From contig DAOVNY010000003.1 of the NCBI GenBank assembly GCA_030630005.1, forward strand, positions 1 through 34,575: a DNA stretch of 34,575 bases, given 5' to 3'. This document shows, one piece after another, positions 24,975-34,575 of the stretch. Under the pieces are notes generated by a model. That model worked only from the letters and a program-made list of their open reading frames with translations, did no database searches and had not been told where the DNA came from. Source of the DNA: Bacteroidales bacterium. GTDB lineage: Bacteria > Bacteroidota > Bacteroidia > Bacteroidales > JAIORY01. The first letter of the stretch is position 1. The number at the start of each line of letters is the position of its first letter. A program made the position numbers and the translations under genes.

Positions 24975-27482
24975 CTACTCCTTAAACACAACATTATCAA
25001 CTTTGTGAACTTCATAATTCTTATACCTTTTAATATTCCAGTAAATATTCTCGAAACCATTCATATTTATTTGTTTATCAAAATAATAATTTGTTTGAAG
25101 AAGTGGAGGATGATAATAAGGAAGGCATTCCTCAAAATCTTTTCCAAATTTCATAAGTGCATTGAAAAAATACCATCCAATATCAAAACCAGTATATGCC
25201 AGATTATTTGGTTCGGTTTTATATTTACTTCTGAAACTGTCAATAAATCTTTGCACACCCTCATTATTATAATCAATAAAAGCAGAAGAAAATGTATGAA
25301 AATCAAGATTTACTAACATTTCCGTATCCAAATCTCTAATTTTATCCCATTGAGGCAAGCCAATCAATTGGATATCAAAAGTGTCGCGAAGAATATTTAA
25401 TCTTGAAAGAATATCAGTTACAAATGATTTATCATCTGAAAAAATGATAATAATATTTTTTCGTTTAACAGATGCATTTTCAATTATTCCATAAATACTG
25501 TCACGGGAATATATTATTTCGGTAATTGAATTATTAAAAGTGATAGTATCGGGTAATAATCCCAGTGTGTCGTTATAATACAAAGTACCTTCAAATGCTA
25601 TACTGTCCATTATTTCGCCTTCGGCAAGACTTGTATCCCTGACAGAACATTCGGCAAGAAGATTATTCAGATAAAAGGTTGAAACTTTAATACTGTCAAC
25701 AATAATTTTATTCAGGGTATCAGAAAACTCTTCAAACACCTTAGATTCTTTATAATGATTATGTCTCAACAAAAATATCTTCGAATCAGTGTAAGTCTCC
25801 GAAATATATGCTTTCATTTGTTCTGTTTGTTCCTGTATTGAGGGCTGAACCTTAAAAACATAAGGATTATTAAAAATTATCTCCTGTCGTTGAGCTAAAG
25901 GATTTACAATTCTGATTTTAAAAAGACGCGCAAAATTGGCAGCAAGTGTAAAACTTTCGCTATACAAAGGTCCAATTATTAAATCCATATTAATGAGCAA
26001 AGGATCCTGCAAAACCTTAATGGTTTTTGTAATATTCTGATCAACATCATAAATATGGAGATTTAGTTTTAAGCCCATTTTTTCAAGCGAATCTACTGCA
26101 AGCATCACCCCTTCATACATCTGGACAAAATGAAACGAAGGGCTTTTATCAAATTTTTTCAGATCATCAAAATCTTCAATATTCAAACTATCAATTTCTT
26201 CGAGATACAAAGGCAGCATTAAAGCTACATTATATGTTTTTTCGGAGTTTTGTGAGTTTGCAAAACAGTTTAAACTATCATAATTTGTGATTTCCCTTTT
26301 AACAATAATTTTCCGAAGCAGGCTTGTATCGGGTATATAATCAGGTTCGGGATCGGGCTTAACCGGAATTCGCACATAATCACCTTCTCTGACAACTCTA
26401 TAAACTCCCGGATTCATATCTTCTATTTCTTCAACTGCAAGTTCATATTTACGGGCTAAACGGCGTAAACTTATCCTATTACGTTCTACTTTGTGGAAGA
26501 TGTAGTTTTTACTATTTTTTTTTTGAGGGATTTTTATTTTTTGTCCTTGAGAAATTCCGTGATCTAATCCGGGATTAAGGCTTTTCAATTCTTCAATACT
26601 CACTTTGTATTTAAGTGCTATTCCATAAAGGGTTTCGTATCTACTAACTGTGTGAATCGTATAATTTTTTTTCTTATCTTGATCAACTTTCACATTTTCT
26701 ATTTCAGCAACTTTCAAAATAGAAGCACCTTCGGGTATTTTAATAATCTGACCTATACTAATATCCGTACCTAAAGAAGGATTAGCTTTCCTTAATTCAT
26801 TAATTGGGACAGCATATTTTCTGGAAATCCTGTATAGATTTTCTTTTGCCTTAACAACATGATTAAAATACTTTTGATCTTTTTGTTTTGGCAGATATGT
26901 TGTTTTTGCAGGTTTTTGAATATCAGTTGTTACTTTTGGTTTAGTTTTTTGTGGCTTAAAAACATCAATCGAAGTTTTTGGTTCTGTAATTACTTCATCA
27001 TTCTGCATACTAACCGGAATCTTAATATATTCTCCTTCCCGCAAAGGCACACGAACATCCTGATTAGCATATTCTATATCTCCGATCGGAACCATATAAA
27101 TTTTTGAAATCTCCTGAAAAGTTTCACCTTTTGTGGCAACATGAAAAAAGTAATCAAAATTTTTCATGGTAATTGATCTGGATATTTTTGCTTCGCGACT
27201 GGTAACAGGTATCTTTAATATTTGTCCAAGCCCGATACTTTCTTTTGAACCCGGGTTTTCAAAAATTATATCTTCAACAGGGACAGAATAAACCTTTGAA
27301 ATTGAATATAAAGTATGACCTTTTTGAACTTCGTGCATATAATAAGACTTCCCGTTGATAAATTTAACAAGATCGGATTTCATAATTGGATTTTGACCCT
27401 GCACCTGTGAAAGCAAAACGGTGTTAAAACAAATTAACATTGACAAAATACCTAAGAATCTTTTAACTAACGAAGTATGCAT
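24975..27482 (-). CDS. Multi-LysM protein with C-terminal periplasmic-binding-protein-like domain
   Basis: Signal peptide; about five H.V...TLY.I...Y.V LysM repeats; VALMLP, DLIIGP, YTGFD motifs. Confidence 0.9.
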   Translation of the reverse strand: MHTSLVKRFLGILSMLICFNTVLLSQVQGQNPIMKSDLVKFINGKSYYMHEVQKGHTLYSISKVYSVPVEDIIFENPGSKESIGLGQILKIPVTSREAKISRSITMKNFDYFFHVATKGETFQEISKIYMVPIGDIEYANQDVRVPLREGEYIKIPVSMQNDEVITEPKTSIDVFKPQKTKPKVTTDIQKPAKTTYLPKQKDQKYFNHVVKAKENLYRISRKYAVPINELRKANPSLGTDISIGQIIKIPEGASILKVAEIENVKVDQDKKKNYTIHTVSRYETLYGIALKYKVSIEELKSLNPGLDHGISQGQKIKIPQKKNSKNYIFHKVERNRISLRRLARKYELAVEEIEDMNPGVYRVVREGDYVRIPVKPDPEPDYIPDTSLLRKIIVKREITNYDSLNCFANSQNSEKTYNVALMLPLYLEEIDSLNIEDFDDLKKFDKSPSFHFVQMYEGVMLAVDSLEKMGLKLNLHIYDVDQNITKTIKVLQDPLLINMDLIIGPLYSESFTLAANFARLFKIRIVNPLAQRQEIIFNNPYVFKVQPSIQEQTEQMKAYISETYTDSKIFLLRHNHYKESKVFEEFSDTLNKIIVDSIKVSTFYLNNLLAECSVRDTSLAEGEIMDSIAFEGTLYYNDTLGLLPDTITFNNSITEIIYSRDSIYGIIENASVKRKNIIIIFSDDKSFVTDILSRLNILRDTFDIQLIGLPQWDKIRDLDTEMLVNLDFHTFSSAFIDYNNEGVQRFIDSFRSKYKTEPNNLAYTGFDIGWYFFNALMKFGKDFEECLPYYHPPLLQTNYYFDKQINMNGFENIYWNIKRYKNYEVHKVDNVVFKE

Positions 27483-27647
27483 ATTTATTTCTGTGAGAAA
27501 TTCAAAAAAACAAAACCAAAAATAATAAAATTTCTGTTATGTAAACGAAAATATTTAATAAAAATTACTTGATAAATTATTAATTGGGGAATCCATGTAA
27601 ACGTATTGTGGTCGTATGAGTATTGGAGTGGTGGAGTGGTGGAGTGG

Positions 27648-27847
27648 TGAGTCCACTCCGAAAAGTGCTTTGGGCTAAAGCCCCTTATGTTTGTTTAGAT
27701 GTTTATATCCACGTCCTAAAGAACGTGGCAATTCAAAAGTTATTGCAATTCAATGAATTACCCTGCCATTTATGGCAGGGGTAAAAAAAATTATACAGAA
27801 GAAAATGGACTTTAGTCCATAATAAATTGCTTTTCGGAGTGACTTCA
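27648..27847. mobile_element. 200-bp MITE/REPIN-like element with imperfect 18-bp TIRs and four mirror-arranged hairpins
   Basis: TGAGTCCACTCCGAAAAG ... CTTTTCGGAGTGACTTCA (12-bp perfect core); hairpins at 27672, 27709 (TAAA loops) and 27761, 27805 (TTTA loops). Confidence 0.7.
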
Positions 27848-27914
27848 TTATTCCAACCATCCTCCAACAATTACCAACAATTACAACTAATTACAATAAA
27901 TTACAACAAACCAC

Positions 27915-29444
27915 CTATTCCCACTCAATAGTTGCAGGAGGTTTTGAGCTGATATCATAAACAACCCTGTTTACTCCTTTCACCTTATTTATTATGTCGC
28001 TCGAAATTTTCGCCAGAAATTCATAAGGCAATTGCGACCAGTCGGCAGTCATACCATCGGTTGAGCCAACAGCCCTCAAGGCAACAACATTTTCATAAGT
28101 TCTTTCATCGCCCATCACACCTACAGATTGAACGGGTAAAAGTATTGCACCTGCCTGCCAAATTTTATGATAAAGACCGTTTTCTTTCAATCCTTCAACA
28201 TAAATATGATCAACATCCTGCAAAATTCTAACTTTTTCATTTGTTATTTCTCCGAGTATTCTGATACCAAGTCCCGGTCCCGGAAACGGATGTCTGTTTA
28301 AAATATCAGGAGACATTCCAAGTGCATTTCCAATTTTTCGAACTTCATCTTTAAAAAGAGAATTTAAAGGTTCAACGATTTTAAGTTTCATAAAATCGGG
28401 CAAACCGCCAACATTATGATGAGATTTTATGGTAGCTGAAGGACCGTTAACCGAAACAGATTCGATAACATCAGGGTAAATTGTACCCTGTGCCAACCAT
28501 TTTACATCTTGAATTTTATGAGCTTCGTCATCAAAAACTTTGATAAAAGCATTTCCAATTATCTTACGTTTTTTCTCGGGGTCGCTAACTCCTTTCAAGC
28601 GATTAATAAAAAGATCTTTTGCATCAACACCTTTAATATTCAGTCCCATGTGTTGATATTGATCGAGAACTGATTCAAATTCATATTTCCGCAAAAGTCC
28701 GTTATCAACAAAAATACAATGCAGATTTTTACCAATTGCTTTGTGTAAAAGAACTGCCGCCACAGAAGAATCAACTCCACCCGAAATTCCGAGTACAACT
28801 TTATCATTTCCAAGCTTTTGTTTTAAACCGGAAATTGTAGTTTCAATAAAAGATGAGGGAGTCCATGAACCACCACATCCGCAAATATCTGAAACAAAAT
28901 TTCTTAACAATATCTTACCTTCTGTCGTATGATAAACTTCAGGATGAAACTGAATACCATAAGTCTTCTCATTTTTGATATGATAAACAGCAAACTGTAC
29001 ATCTGAAGTCCCTGCAATAACTTCATAGTCATCGGGTGCATTTAAAATTGTATCGCCATGCGACATCCATACCTGCGTGCCTTCACTTAATCCTTTAGTC
29101 AATTCGTTTTCCGAATTTATATTTGAAAGATTTGCCCTGCCATATTCACGAATTTCCGATGGAAGCACTTCTCCCCCGCATTGTTGCACTATGTATTGTG
29201 CACCATAACACACTCCAAGTACGGGATACTTTTTTCTTATTTTTGAAAGATTAATTTGAGGTGCATTTTTATCACTCACCGAAAACGGACTACCTGATAA
29301 AATAACACCTTTTATATTTTTTGTCATTTCCGGTATTTTATTATACGGATGTATTTCGCAATAAACATTTAATTCCCTCACTCTGCGTGCAATAAGTTGA
29401 GTATATTGAGAACCAAAATCTAAAATTAAAATTATTTCTTCCAT
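27915..29444 (-). CDS. guaA: GMP synthase (glutamine-hydrolysing)
   Basis: Start moved to ATG 29444; [42 protein letters not shown]. Confidence 0.98.
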   Translation of the reverse strand: MEEIILILDFGSQYTQLIARRVRELNVYCEIHPYNKIPEMTKNIKGVILSGSPFSVSDKNAPQINLSKIRKKYPVLGVCYGAQYIVQQCGGEVLPSEIREYGRANLSNINSENELTKGLSEGTQVWMSHGDTILNAPDDYEVIAGTSDVQFAVYHIKNEKTYGIQFHPEVYHTTEGKILLRNFVSDICGCGGSWTPSSFIETTISGLKQKLGNDKVVLGISGGVDSSVAAVLLHKAIGKNLHCIFVDNGLLRKYEFESVLDQYQHMGLNIKGVDAKDLFINRLKGVSDPEKKRKIIGNAFIKVFDDEAHKIQDVKWLAQGTIYPDVIESVSVNGPSATIKSHHNVGGLPDFMKLKIVEPLNSLFKDEVRKIGNALGMSPDILNRHPFPGPGLGIRILGEITNEKVRILQDVDHIYVEGLKENGLYHKIWQAGAILLPVQSVGVMGDERTYENVVALRAVGSTDGMTADWSQLPYEFLAKISSDIINKVKGVNRVVYDISSKPPATIEWE

Positions 29445-29448
29445 TTTG

Positions 29449-29456
29449 CAAAGATA
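29449..29456 (-). promoter_or_regulatory. -7 element (TATCTTTG) 4 nt upstream of the guaA ATG
   Basis: Minus strand TATCTTTG-CAAA-ATG. Confidence 0.6.
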
Positions 29457-29497
29457 TTGATTTTTGTTAATTTTACATCGAGAAAAACACAAACATC

Positions 29498-29944
29498 ATG
29501 GCAACAAAAAAAAGCAAAAATAATATCTACAAATCTCTCTTTTTTCTAACATTAATAATTCTAATATCTTTTGTTATTACAGTTTACATAAAGTGTCCTG
29601 AAGCTTTTAATTTTTCTAAAGAAAATGATTCAAAAACTATCTCATCCGAATTAACAAAAAATACATGGGTAAGCAATATTGACGGAGCAATGTTAAATTT
29701 TAATACGGATAATACTTTTGGAATAGATATTCCTTCTGTTGAATCATCTGCAAAAATAACAGGAAAATACATAATTGAAGAGGATAATATTTCTTTCACT
29801 TTTGATCCGGAATCAGATGTTTGTAATAAAGAACAGGGAAAATACACTTATAAAATAACTGCTGAAAAACTCGAATTTAAAGTCGTTTCTGATAATTGCA
29901 AATCGCGGAAATACCAATGGACAGCGGGTTGGTTTAAGTTGTAA
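29498..29944 (+). CDS. Hypothetical membrane-anchored beta-rich protein with two Cys in the soluble part
   Basis: N-terminal TM helix; TW, GKY repeats, C...DNC..R pattern. Confidence 0.7.
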   Translation: MATKKSKNNIYKSLFFLTLIILISFVITVYIKCPEAFNFSKENDSKTISSELTKNTWVSNIDGAMLNFNTDNTFGIDIPSVESSAKITGKYIIEEDNISFTFDPESDVCNKEQGKYTYKITAEKLEFKVVSDNCKSRKYQWTAGWFKL

Positions 29945-31678
29945 CTAATAAATCACATTCGCTTTAAAAGAACTTTCATTCCCGCAATTATCCGTAACTT
30001 TTAATTCAAAAACATTTTTGCCTTTTTTCATGTGTTTATCAATAAAGTACGTCAGCTTATCATTTTTAGCATCGTACTCCATCAAAACCCATTTTCCATT
30101 CAAAGTTCCACGATAAGTATCTATGCCGGATAATTTATCGGTAATCTCAATTACAATGGTTTTATATCTGCGTATTTTTTTATTATTATGAATATTTAAT
30201 GCTTTGATCTTAGGAGGTTCTGTATCCAACATCACAGCAAATTTCCCAAAACTTCTTAAACGTGTTTCAATAAATCCATCTTTATAAATACCACCAAAAG
30301 ACGCAGGATCTTCGTCATCTTCAAGCAGAACAATAATCGCTTTATCACGATATTTTTCAGGAAGATTATCAGGTTTTAAACTAAGTTTATATTTTTTATG
30401 AACAGGAGTATTTTCATTATGAATATGAAAAATACGGGAAATACAATTATCTTCAGCTTCAGTAGTTTTATATTGAAAATTGAACGAGCTGTAAAAAGAA
30501 TTCTTCGGGAAAACCGCAATAATATTTTCATTCTCAAACTTATTCTCTACATCAAATTTAAATTCATTTAAAGAGTCGGTTTTTGTATTTACAGTTTCAA
30601 TAATTTTACAAGGCGGACAACTTTTTACCGTAAAATTTAATTTGGAAGAATTATTATAAACATCCTTTACAACATAGGTAATTTTATGATAAGATGAATC
30701 TGTAAAACTAACCACACCGTAATTCAGGACACTGTCATAAATACTGAGTTTATTATTGGGTTCAACAAAACTTTTTTGTATTCGGCGCTTATTTTTTTTA
30801 AATTCTCCATAATCAATCAAACTGTTAATATATCTTGATTCGTTGAATGAAAATCCATCAATACTATGCGAATAATACAAAATCGAATCAACATAAAGTT
30901 CAATAGAATAAATCCCGTTTCTGTTTGCTGCATCGTTGTGTAAATCATAGGTTTCAATACCAAAAGTAATATTACCACTCAATTTGATTGTGTCATTTCC
31001 TTGCAGTCGATGTTTTGAACCCCATCCAGCTATTTTATATTCAAACGGCTTATTAGAATTATTTACCAAAGAATTACTTTTCATTGGATAAACCATTATT
31101 GTTTTGATTTTCGGACGGTAATAATCATCTATTCGAATTCCGAAAAGTAAGGGATTTACAGGACGTTCAGACTTTTCTTCTCTGAGTTCAAAATGCAGAT
31201 GAGGACCTTCCGAGCCTCCCGAATTTCCTGAAAAAGCAATTACATCACCTTTCTTTATTTTTATTTTATCCTTGTCGGGAAAAATATTTACCACATATTC
31301 TTCACGTTCGTATTGCTTTTCCAGAACAAGTTTCTGTATCTTTTTATTAAATTTGCTAAGGTGCGCATAAACCGAAACATATCCGTTTGGATGAGTAATA
31401 TAAAGTGCTTTTCCAAAACCATCTGACGCAACTTTGATCCTTGAAACATAACCATCGGCAACAGCGTAAATATTTTCACCTGTCGAACCGTTTGTTTTAA
31501 TATCAATTCCCGAATGAAAATGATCTGTGCGAAGTTCACCGAAAGTCCCGGAAAGTTTTATTGTAAAATTAATTGGTGATCTGAAATAGTTCTTCGGATA
31601 CTCTTTTTGAGAGTATGCTGTGATTGCAAACGCAAAAAGTAATATTAAAGTGGTTAAATTGGTTTTGTTTCTGATCAT
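29945..31678 (-). CDS. M23-family metallopeptidase
   Basis: Signal peptide; HSGID (HxxxD), YAHL, GPHLHFE (HxH). Confidence 0.93.
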   Translation of the reverse strand: MIRNKTNLTTLILLFAFAITAYSQKEYPKNYFRSPINFTIKLSGTFGELRTDHFHSGIDIKTNGSTGENIYAVADGYVSRIKVASDGFGKALYITHPNGYVSVYAHLSKFNKKIQKLVLEKQYEREEYVVNIFPDKDKIKIKKGDVIAFSGNSGGSEGPHLHFELREEKSERPVNPLLFGIRIDDYYRPKIKTIMVYPMKSNSLVNNSNKPFEYKIAGWGSKHRLQGNDTIKLSGNITFGIETYDLHNDAANRNGIYSIELYVDSILYYSHSIDGFSFNESRYINSLIDYGEFKKNKRRIQKSFVEPNNKLSIYDSVLNYGVVSFTDSSYHKITYVVKDVYNNSSKLNFTVKSCPPCKIIETVNTKTDSLNEFKFDVENKFENENIIAVFPKNSFYSSFNFQYKTTEAEDNCISRIFHIHNENTPVHKKYKLSLKPDNLPEKYRDKAIIVLLEDDEDPASFGGIYKDGFIETRLRSFGKFAVMLDTEPPKIKALNIHNNKKIRRYKTIVIEITDKLSGIDTYRGTLNGKWVLMEYDAKNDKLTYFIDKHMKKGKNVFELKVTDNCGNESSFKANVIY

Positions 31679-31743
31679 ATAAATTTGTTTCTGGTTGCTT
31701 GTTTCTGGCTGATTGATAATTTAGGTTAAATCAGTTTTTGCAT

Positions 31744-31779
31744 AAATCCTCCAGATTTTAAAAATCTGGAGGATTTCGA
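31744..31779. repeat. 33-bp perfect palindrome (REP-like), copy 1
   Basis: AAATCCTCCAGATTTT-A-AAAATCTGGAGGATTT followed by CGA. Confidence 0.9.
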
Positions 31780-31797
31780 TAAAAAATTACTTTTTTA

Positions 31798-31827
31798 CAA
31801 AAGTAATTTTTATTAATTTTACATTTG
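31798..31827. promoter_or_regulatory. Divergent -7 elements (minus TACTTTTG 31798-31805; plus TACATTTG 31820-31827)
   Basis: Two TAnnTTTG matches pointing to the divergent genes. Confidence 0.55.
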
Positions 31828-31855
31828 ATCTTTTTGAAATAAAATTATTAAACTG

Positions 31856-32287
31856 ATGCCTAAAAAACTTTTTCCGATTATTTTATTAACACTTGGACTG
31901 ATATTATTTTCGGGCTGTTACAAAAGGGCTGAATTAGCTTCGATATATAAAGTTGATGTAAACTTTGAAATAACAGTTTTAGATAACCTTAGTAATCCGG
32001 TTATAGGTGAATTTGTTTATTATCGTATGTTAAAATATACAGGCTACAGTAATACTGCTTCAGATATTAATGAAGATAAGGATCTTACCGATAATGAAGG
32101 TAAGATATATCTCACATACACATGTATCTTAAATCCGACAGAAATTGTTCGTTTATATTGCATGCTTAACGGATTCGATGATCCAAATATAGGACTCGAA
32201 ACAATATTTTACGACGATGTGGAAGCAGCAAGTTTCGATGGAGAATATGCGTTAATTGATAGAAAAATTACTTTATATAAGGATTAG
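31856..32287 (+). CDS. Hypothetical lipoprotein
   Basis: Lipobox LFSGC; beta-rich, possible Ig-like fold; own promoter element. Confidence 0.7.
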   Translation: MPKKLFPIILLTLGLILFSGCYKRAELASIYKVDVNFEITVLDNLSNPVIGEFVYYRMLKYTGYSNTASDINEDKDLTDNEGKIYLTYTCILNPTEIVRLYCMLNGFDDPNIGLETIFYDDVEAASFDGEYALIDRKITLYKD

Positions 32288-32332
32288 TATAAAATACAGA
32301 AATAGCAGCGAATGCGCAAATAACTGTAAAAC

Positions 32333-32368
32333 AAATCCTCCAGATTTTTAAAATCTGGAGGATTTCGA
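32333..32368. repeat. 33-bp perfect palindrome (REP-like), copy 2
   Basis: AAATCCTCCAGATTTT-T-AAAATCTGGAGGATTT followed by CGA; differs from copy 1 only at the central base. Confidence 0.9.
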
Positions 32369-32410
32369 CAATTCAATTACAATTAATTTTTTCTCTATAC
32401 CCTTATATCT

Positions 32411-33499
32411 TTACCCTTTATAGAACGGCAACTTAACAACTTTAGCTTTAAGAAGTTTTTTTCTTACTCTGATATAGATTTCAGTATCAAATTTAGTATA
32501 TCCTTTGTTGATGTATCCCATTCCGATACCTATTTTAAGCATTGGAGACATTGTTCCTGAAGTTACCTCTCCTATTGTATTTCCTTCTTCATCACAAATT
32601 TCGTAATGTTGTCTTGGAATTCCTTTGTCAATCATTTCGAAAGCTCTCAGCCGGCGACTTACTCCTTCTTCTTTTTGTTTGGCAAAAATTTCACGATCAA
32701 TAAAATCATTTCCATCGGTAAATTTTGTTATCCAACCCAAACCTGCTTCAATCGGTGAAGTAGTATCGTTAATATCGTTTCCGTAAAGACAAAAACCGGA
32801 TTCAAGTCTGAGTGTATCACGTGCAGCAAGTCCGATTGGTTTTATTCCATATTCTTTTCCGGCTTCAAGTACTGCATTATATATTTTTTCGGCATCTTTA
32901 TTTTCCATATAAATCTCACATCCACCTGAACCTGTATATCCTGTAGTTGACAATAAAATATTTTCAACTCCCGCAAAAGTGAGTTTTTTGAAAGTATAAT
33001 AAGTCATGTCCGTGATATTTTCTCCGGTAAGACTTTGCATTGCCTGTAGTGCCATTGGTCCCTGAACAGCTATCTGAGCATAATCATCAGACGCATTTGT
33101 AAGTTCCGCACCATTTACATTTTGCTTGTTGCACCAATCCCAGTCTTTGTCGATATTTGCAGCATTTACAACAAGTAAATATAATTCTTCACTAAATCTG
33201 TAAACCAAAAGATCATCAACTATTCCACCTTTTCCATTGGGGAAACAAGTATATTGGACTTTTCCGTTAACAAGACTGGCAACATCATTTGTAGTAACTC
33301 TTTGCACAAATTCAAAAGCCTTAGTACCTCTTACCCAAAATTCGCCCATGTGCGAAACATCAAAAACTCCTACTCCTTTTCGTACTGTCTCGTGTTCGAT
33401 ATTAATTCCTTCGAACTGAACCGGCATATTATAACCTGCAAACGAAACTATTTTAGCTCCCATTTTTTCATGAATACTTGTTAAAGCTGTATTTTTCAT
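32411..33499 (-). CDS. gcvT: Glycine cleavage system aminomethyltransferase T
   Basis: [38 protein letters not shown]. Confidence 0.97.
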   Translation of the reverse strand: MKNTALTSIHEKMGAKIVSFAGYNMPVQFEGINIEHETVRKGVGVFDVSHMGEFWVRGTKAFEFVQRVTTNDVASLVNGKVQYTCFPNGKGGIVDDLLVYRFSEELYLLVVNAANIDKDWDWCNKQNVNGAELTNASDDYAQIAVQGPMALQAMQSLTGENITDMTYYTFKKLTFAGVENILLSTTGYTGSGGCEIYMENKDAEKIYNAVLEAGKEYGIKPIGLAARDTLRLESGFCLYGNDINDTTSPIEAGLGWITKFTDGNDFIDREIFAKQKEEGVSRRLRAFEMIDKGIPRQHYEICDEEGNTIGEVTSGTMSPMLKIGIGMGYINKGYTKFDTEIYIRVRKKLLKAKVVKLPFYKG

Positions 33500-33537
33500 T
33501 ATTTTATTTTTTTTATTGAAGATGATTTTTCAGAGCA

Positions 33538-33545
33538 CAAAAGTA
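33538..33545 (-). promoter_or_regulatory. -7 element (TACTTTTG) upstream of gcvT
   Basis: TAnnTTTG ~40 bp upstream of start. Confidence 0.6.
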
Positions 33546-33575
33546 TAAAATACTTCGATATTTTAAAAAATATTT

Positions 33576-33710
33576 AGTTTTAAGTTTTGGGTTTCCCATC
33601 CATACGGACTTCCTTTGGTCGTACGGGCTAACTTCGTGTCGCAGGTTTCGGGTTTTGGGTTTCGGGTTTTGGGTTCAACTCAAAATTTCAAACTCGAAAC
33701 TCAAAACCAA
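33576..33710. repeat. Back-to-back inverted 7-nt arrays (RGTTTYG then AACTCRA) interrupted by a small insert
   Basis: Heptamers 33576-33596 and 33644-33676, complementary array 33677-33710; insert contains 26-bp repeat at 33598-33623. Confidence 0.85.
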
Positions 33711-33734
33711 ACCATCTCCACCCATAATTTTATG

Positions 33735-33742
33735 TACTTTTG
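33735..33742 (+). promoter_or_regulatory. -7 element (TACTTTTG) upstream of last gene
   Basis: TAnnTTTG 18 bp upstream of ATG 33761. Confidence 0.6.
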
Positions 33743-33760
33743 AAAAAATTTCAGATAAAA

Positions 33761-34575
33761 ATGCAAAAAACAAAATATCTAATCATTTTTCTAATTTTCT
33801 TTTCTCTGACCGCCCATTCAGCATATATTTTAATACCTATGGACGAAACTCAGAAAAACCACCTGAAAGCTTATGGAATTGCTTACTGGGTTTTACAACA
33901 TGATTTTGAAGTCAGTTGGTTATTAAATTATAAGGGTGGCAGTTATATGTTTAAATATAATAAACTTTTTGAAGATGAGTGTTTAATTCGTGATGTGAGT
34001 TTTAAGGTGATTGCTGATGTACAGTCAACGGCAATTCTGCAAGATATAGCCCAACCCGAAATAAATATGGATGCAATAAAATTACATAAAGCACCCAAAA
34101 TCGTTATTTATTCTCCTAAGAACAAACAACCATGGGACGATGCGGTTACTCTTGCTCTTACTTATGCCGAAATTCCTTACGATGTTATTTATGATGTTGA
34201 AATTTTGAATGGCGTTTTACCCTTGTACGACTGGCTTCATCTACACCATGAGGATTTTACCGGACAATACGGTAAATTTTGGGCAAGATATCATAATTAT
34301 GCATGGTATCAGGAAGATGTGAGAATTTCGGAGGAGACAGCCAAAGAAATGGGTTACAGCAAAGTTTCATTACTAAAACTCGACGTTGCAAAAGAGATCA
34401 GGAATTTTGTGATGGGTGGAGGATATCTTTTCGCAATGTGTTCAGCACCCGACAGCTACGATGTGGCACTTGCTGCCGAAGGAGTTGATATTTGTAATGT
34501 AATGTTTGATGGTGATCCGCCTGATCCAAATGCACAGGATAAACTTGATTATAGTAAATGTTTTGCTTTCGAGAA
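33761..34575 (+). CDS. Conserved exported Bacteroidota protein (often auto-labelled 'asparagine synthetase B'; class I GATase-like), 3'-truncated; absent from ORF track
   Basis: Manual translation MQKTKYLIIFLIFFSLTAHSAYILIPMDETQKNHLKAYGIAYW...WLLNYKGGS...DWLHLHHEDFTGQYGKFW...GGYLFAMCSA, open to window end. Confidence 0.85.
   Translation, partial: MQKTKYLIIFLIFFSLTAHSAYILIPMDETQKNHLKAYGIAYWVLQHDFEVSWLLNYKGGSYMFKYNKLFEDECLIRDVSFKVIADVQSTAILQDIAQPEINMDAIKLHKAPKIVIYSPKNKQPWDDAVTLALTYAEIPYDVIYDVEILNGVLPLYDWLHLHHEDFTGQYGKFWARYHNYAWYQEDVRISEETAKEMGYSKVSLLKLDVAKEIRNFVMGGGYLFAMCSAPDSYDVALAAEGVDICNVMFDGDPPDPNAQDKLDYSKCFAFE

Noticed and set aside
1-34575. tRNA, rRNA or recognisable riboswitch
   Set aside because: None recognised by eye; a tRNAscan/Rfam search would be needed to exclude them

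Overview
AT-rich bacterial chromosomal window, most likely Bacteroidota/Bacteroidales (SusE/F-type gene, repeated TAnnTTTG -7 promoter boxes). In order: end of a SusE/SusF-like gene; a 7-gene minus-strand glycoside oxidation/elimination-type cluster (two DUF1080 lipoproteins, three Gfo/Idh/MocA oxidoreductases, a TIM-barrel isomerase/epimerase, DoxX); ABC1 kinase, phasin-like protein, radical SAM and TetR genes; gdhA; a type I restriction-modification locus (hsdM, hsdS, hsdR) interleaved with cargo (RhuM-like, REP-associated HUH transposase, DUF5131, a Bro-N gene plus a Bro-N relic, an amber-interrupted four-helix-bundle gene); then MORN-variant and LysM proteins, guaA, an M23 peptidase, gcvT and a partial conserved gene. 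The most unusual signal is at nucleotide level: (i) a recurring architecture of 7-9-nt tandem arrays in inverted orientation that bracket a four-helix-bundle gene, a 200-bp element, a short spacer or nothing; (ii) REP-like palindromes sitting in frame inside hsdM (three) and the transposase (two); (iii) perfect odd-length palindromes with a CAA-N-TTG-type core inside the Bro-N and RhuM genes and upstream of Bro-N; (iv) two MITE-like elements and a hairpin-flanked lipoprotein gene. All family assignments come from motif recognition by eye; no database search was run.
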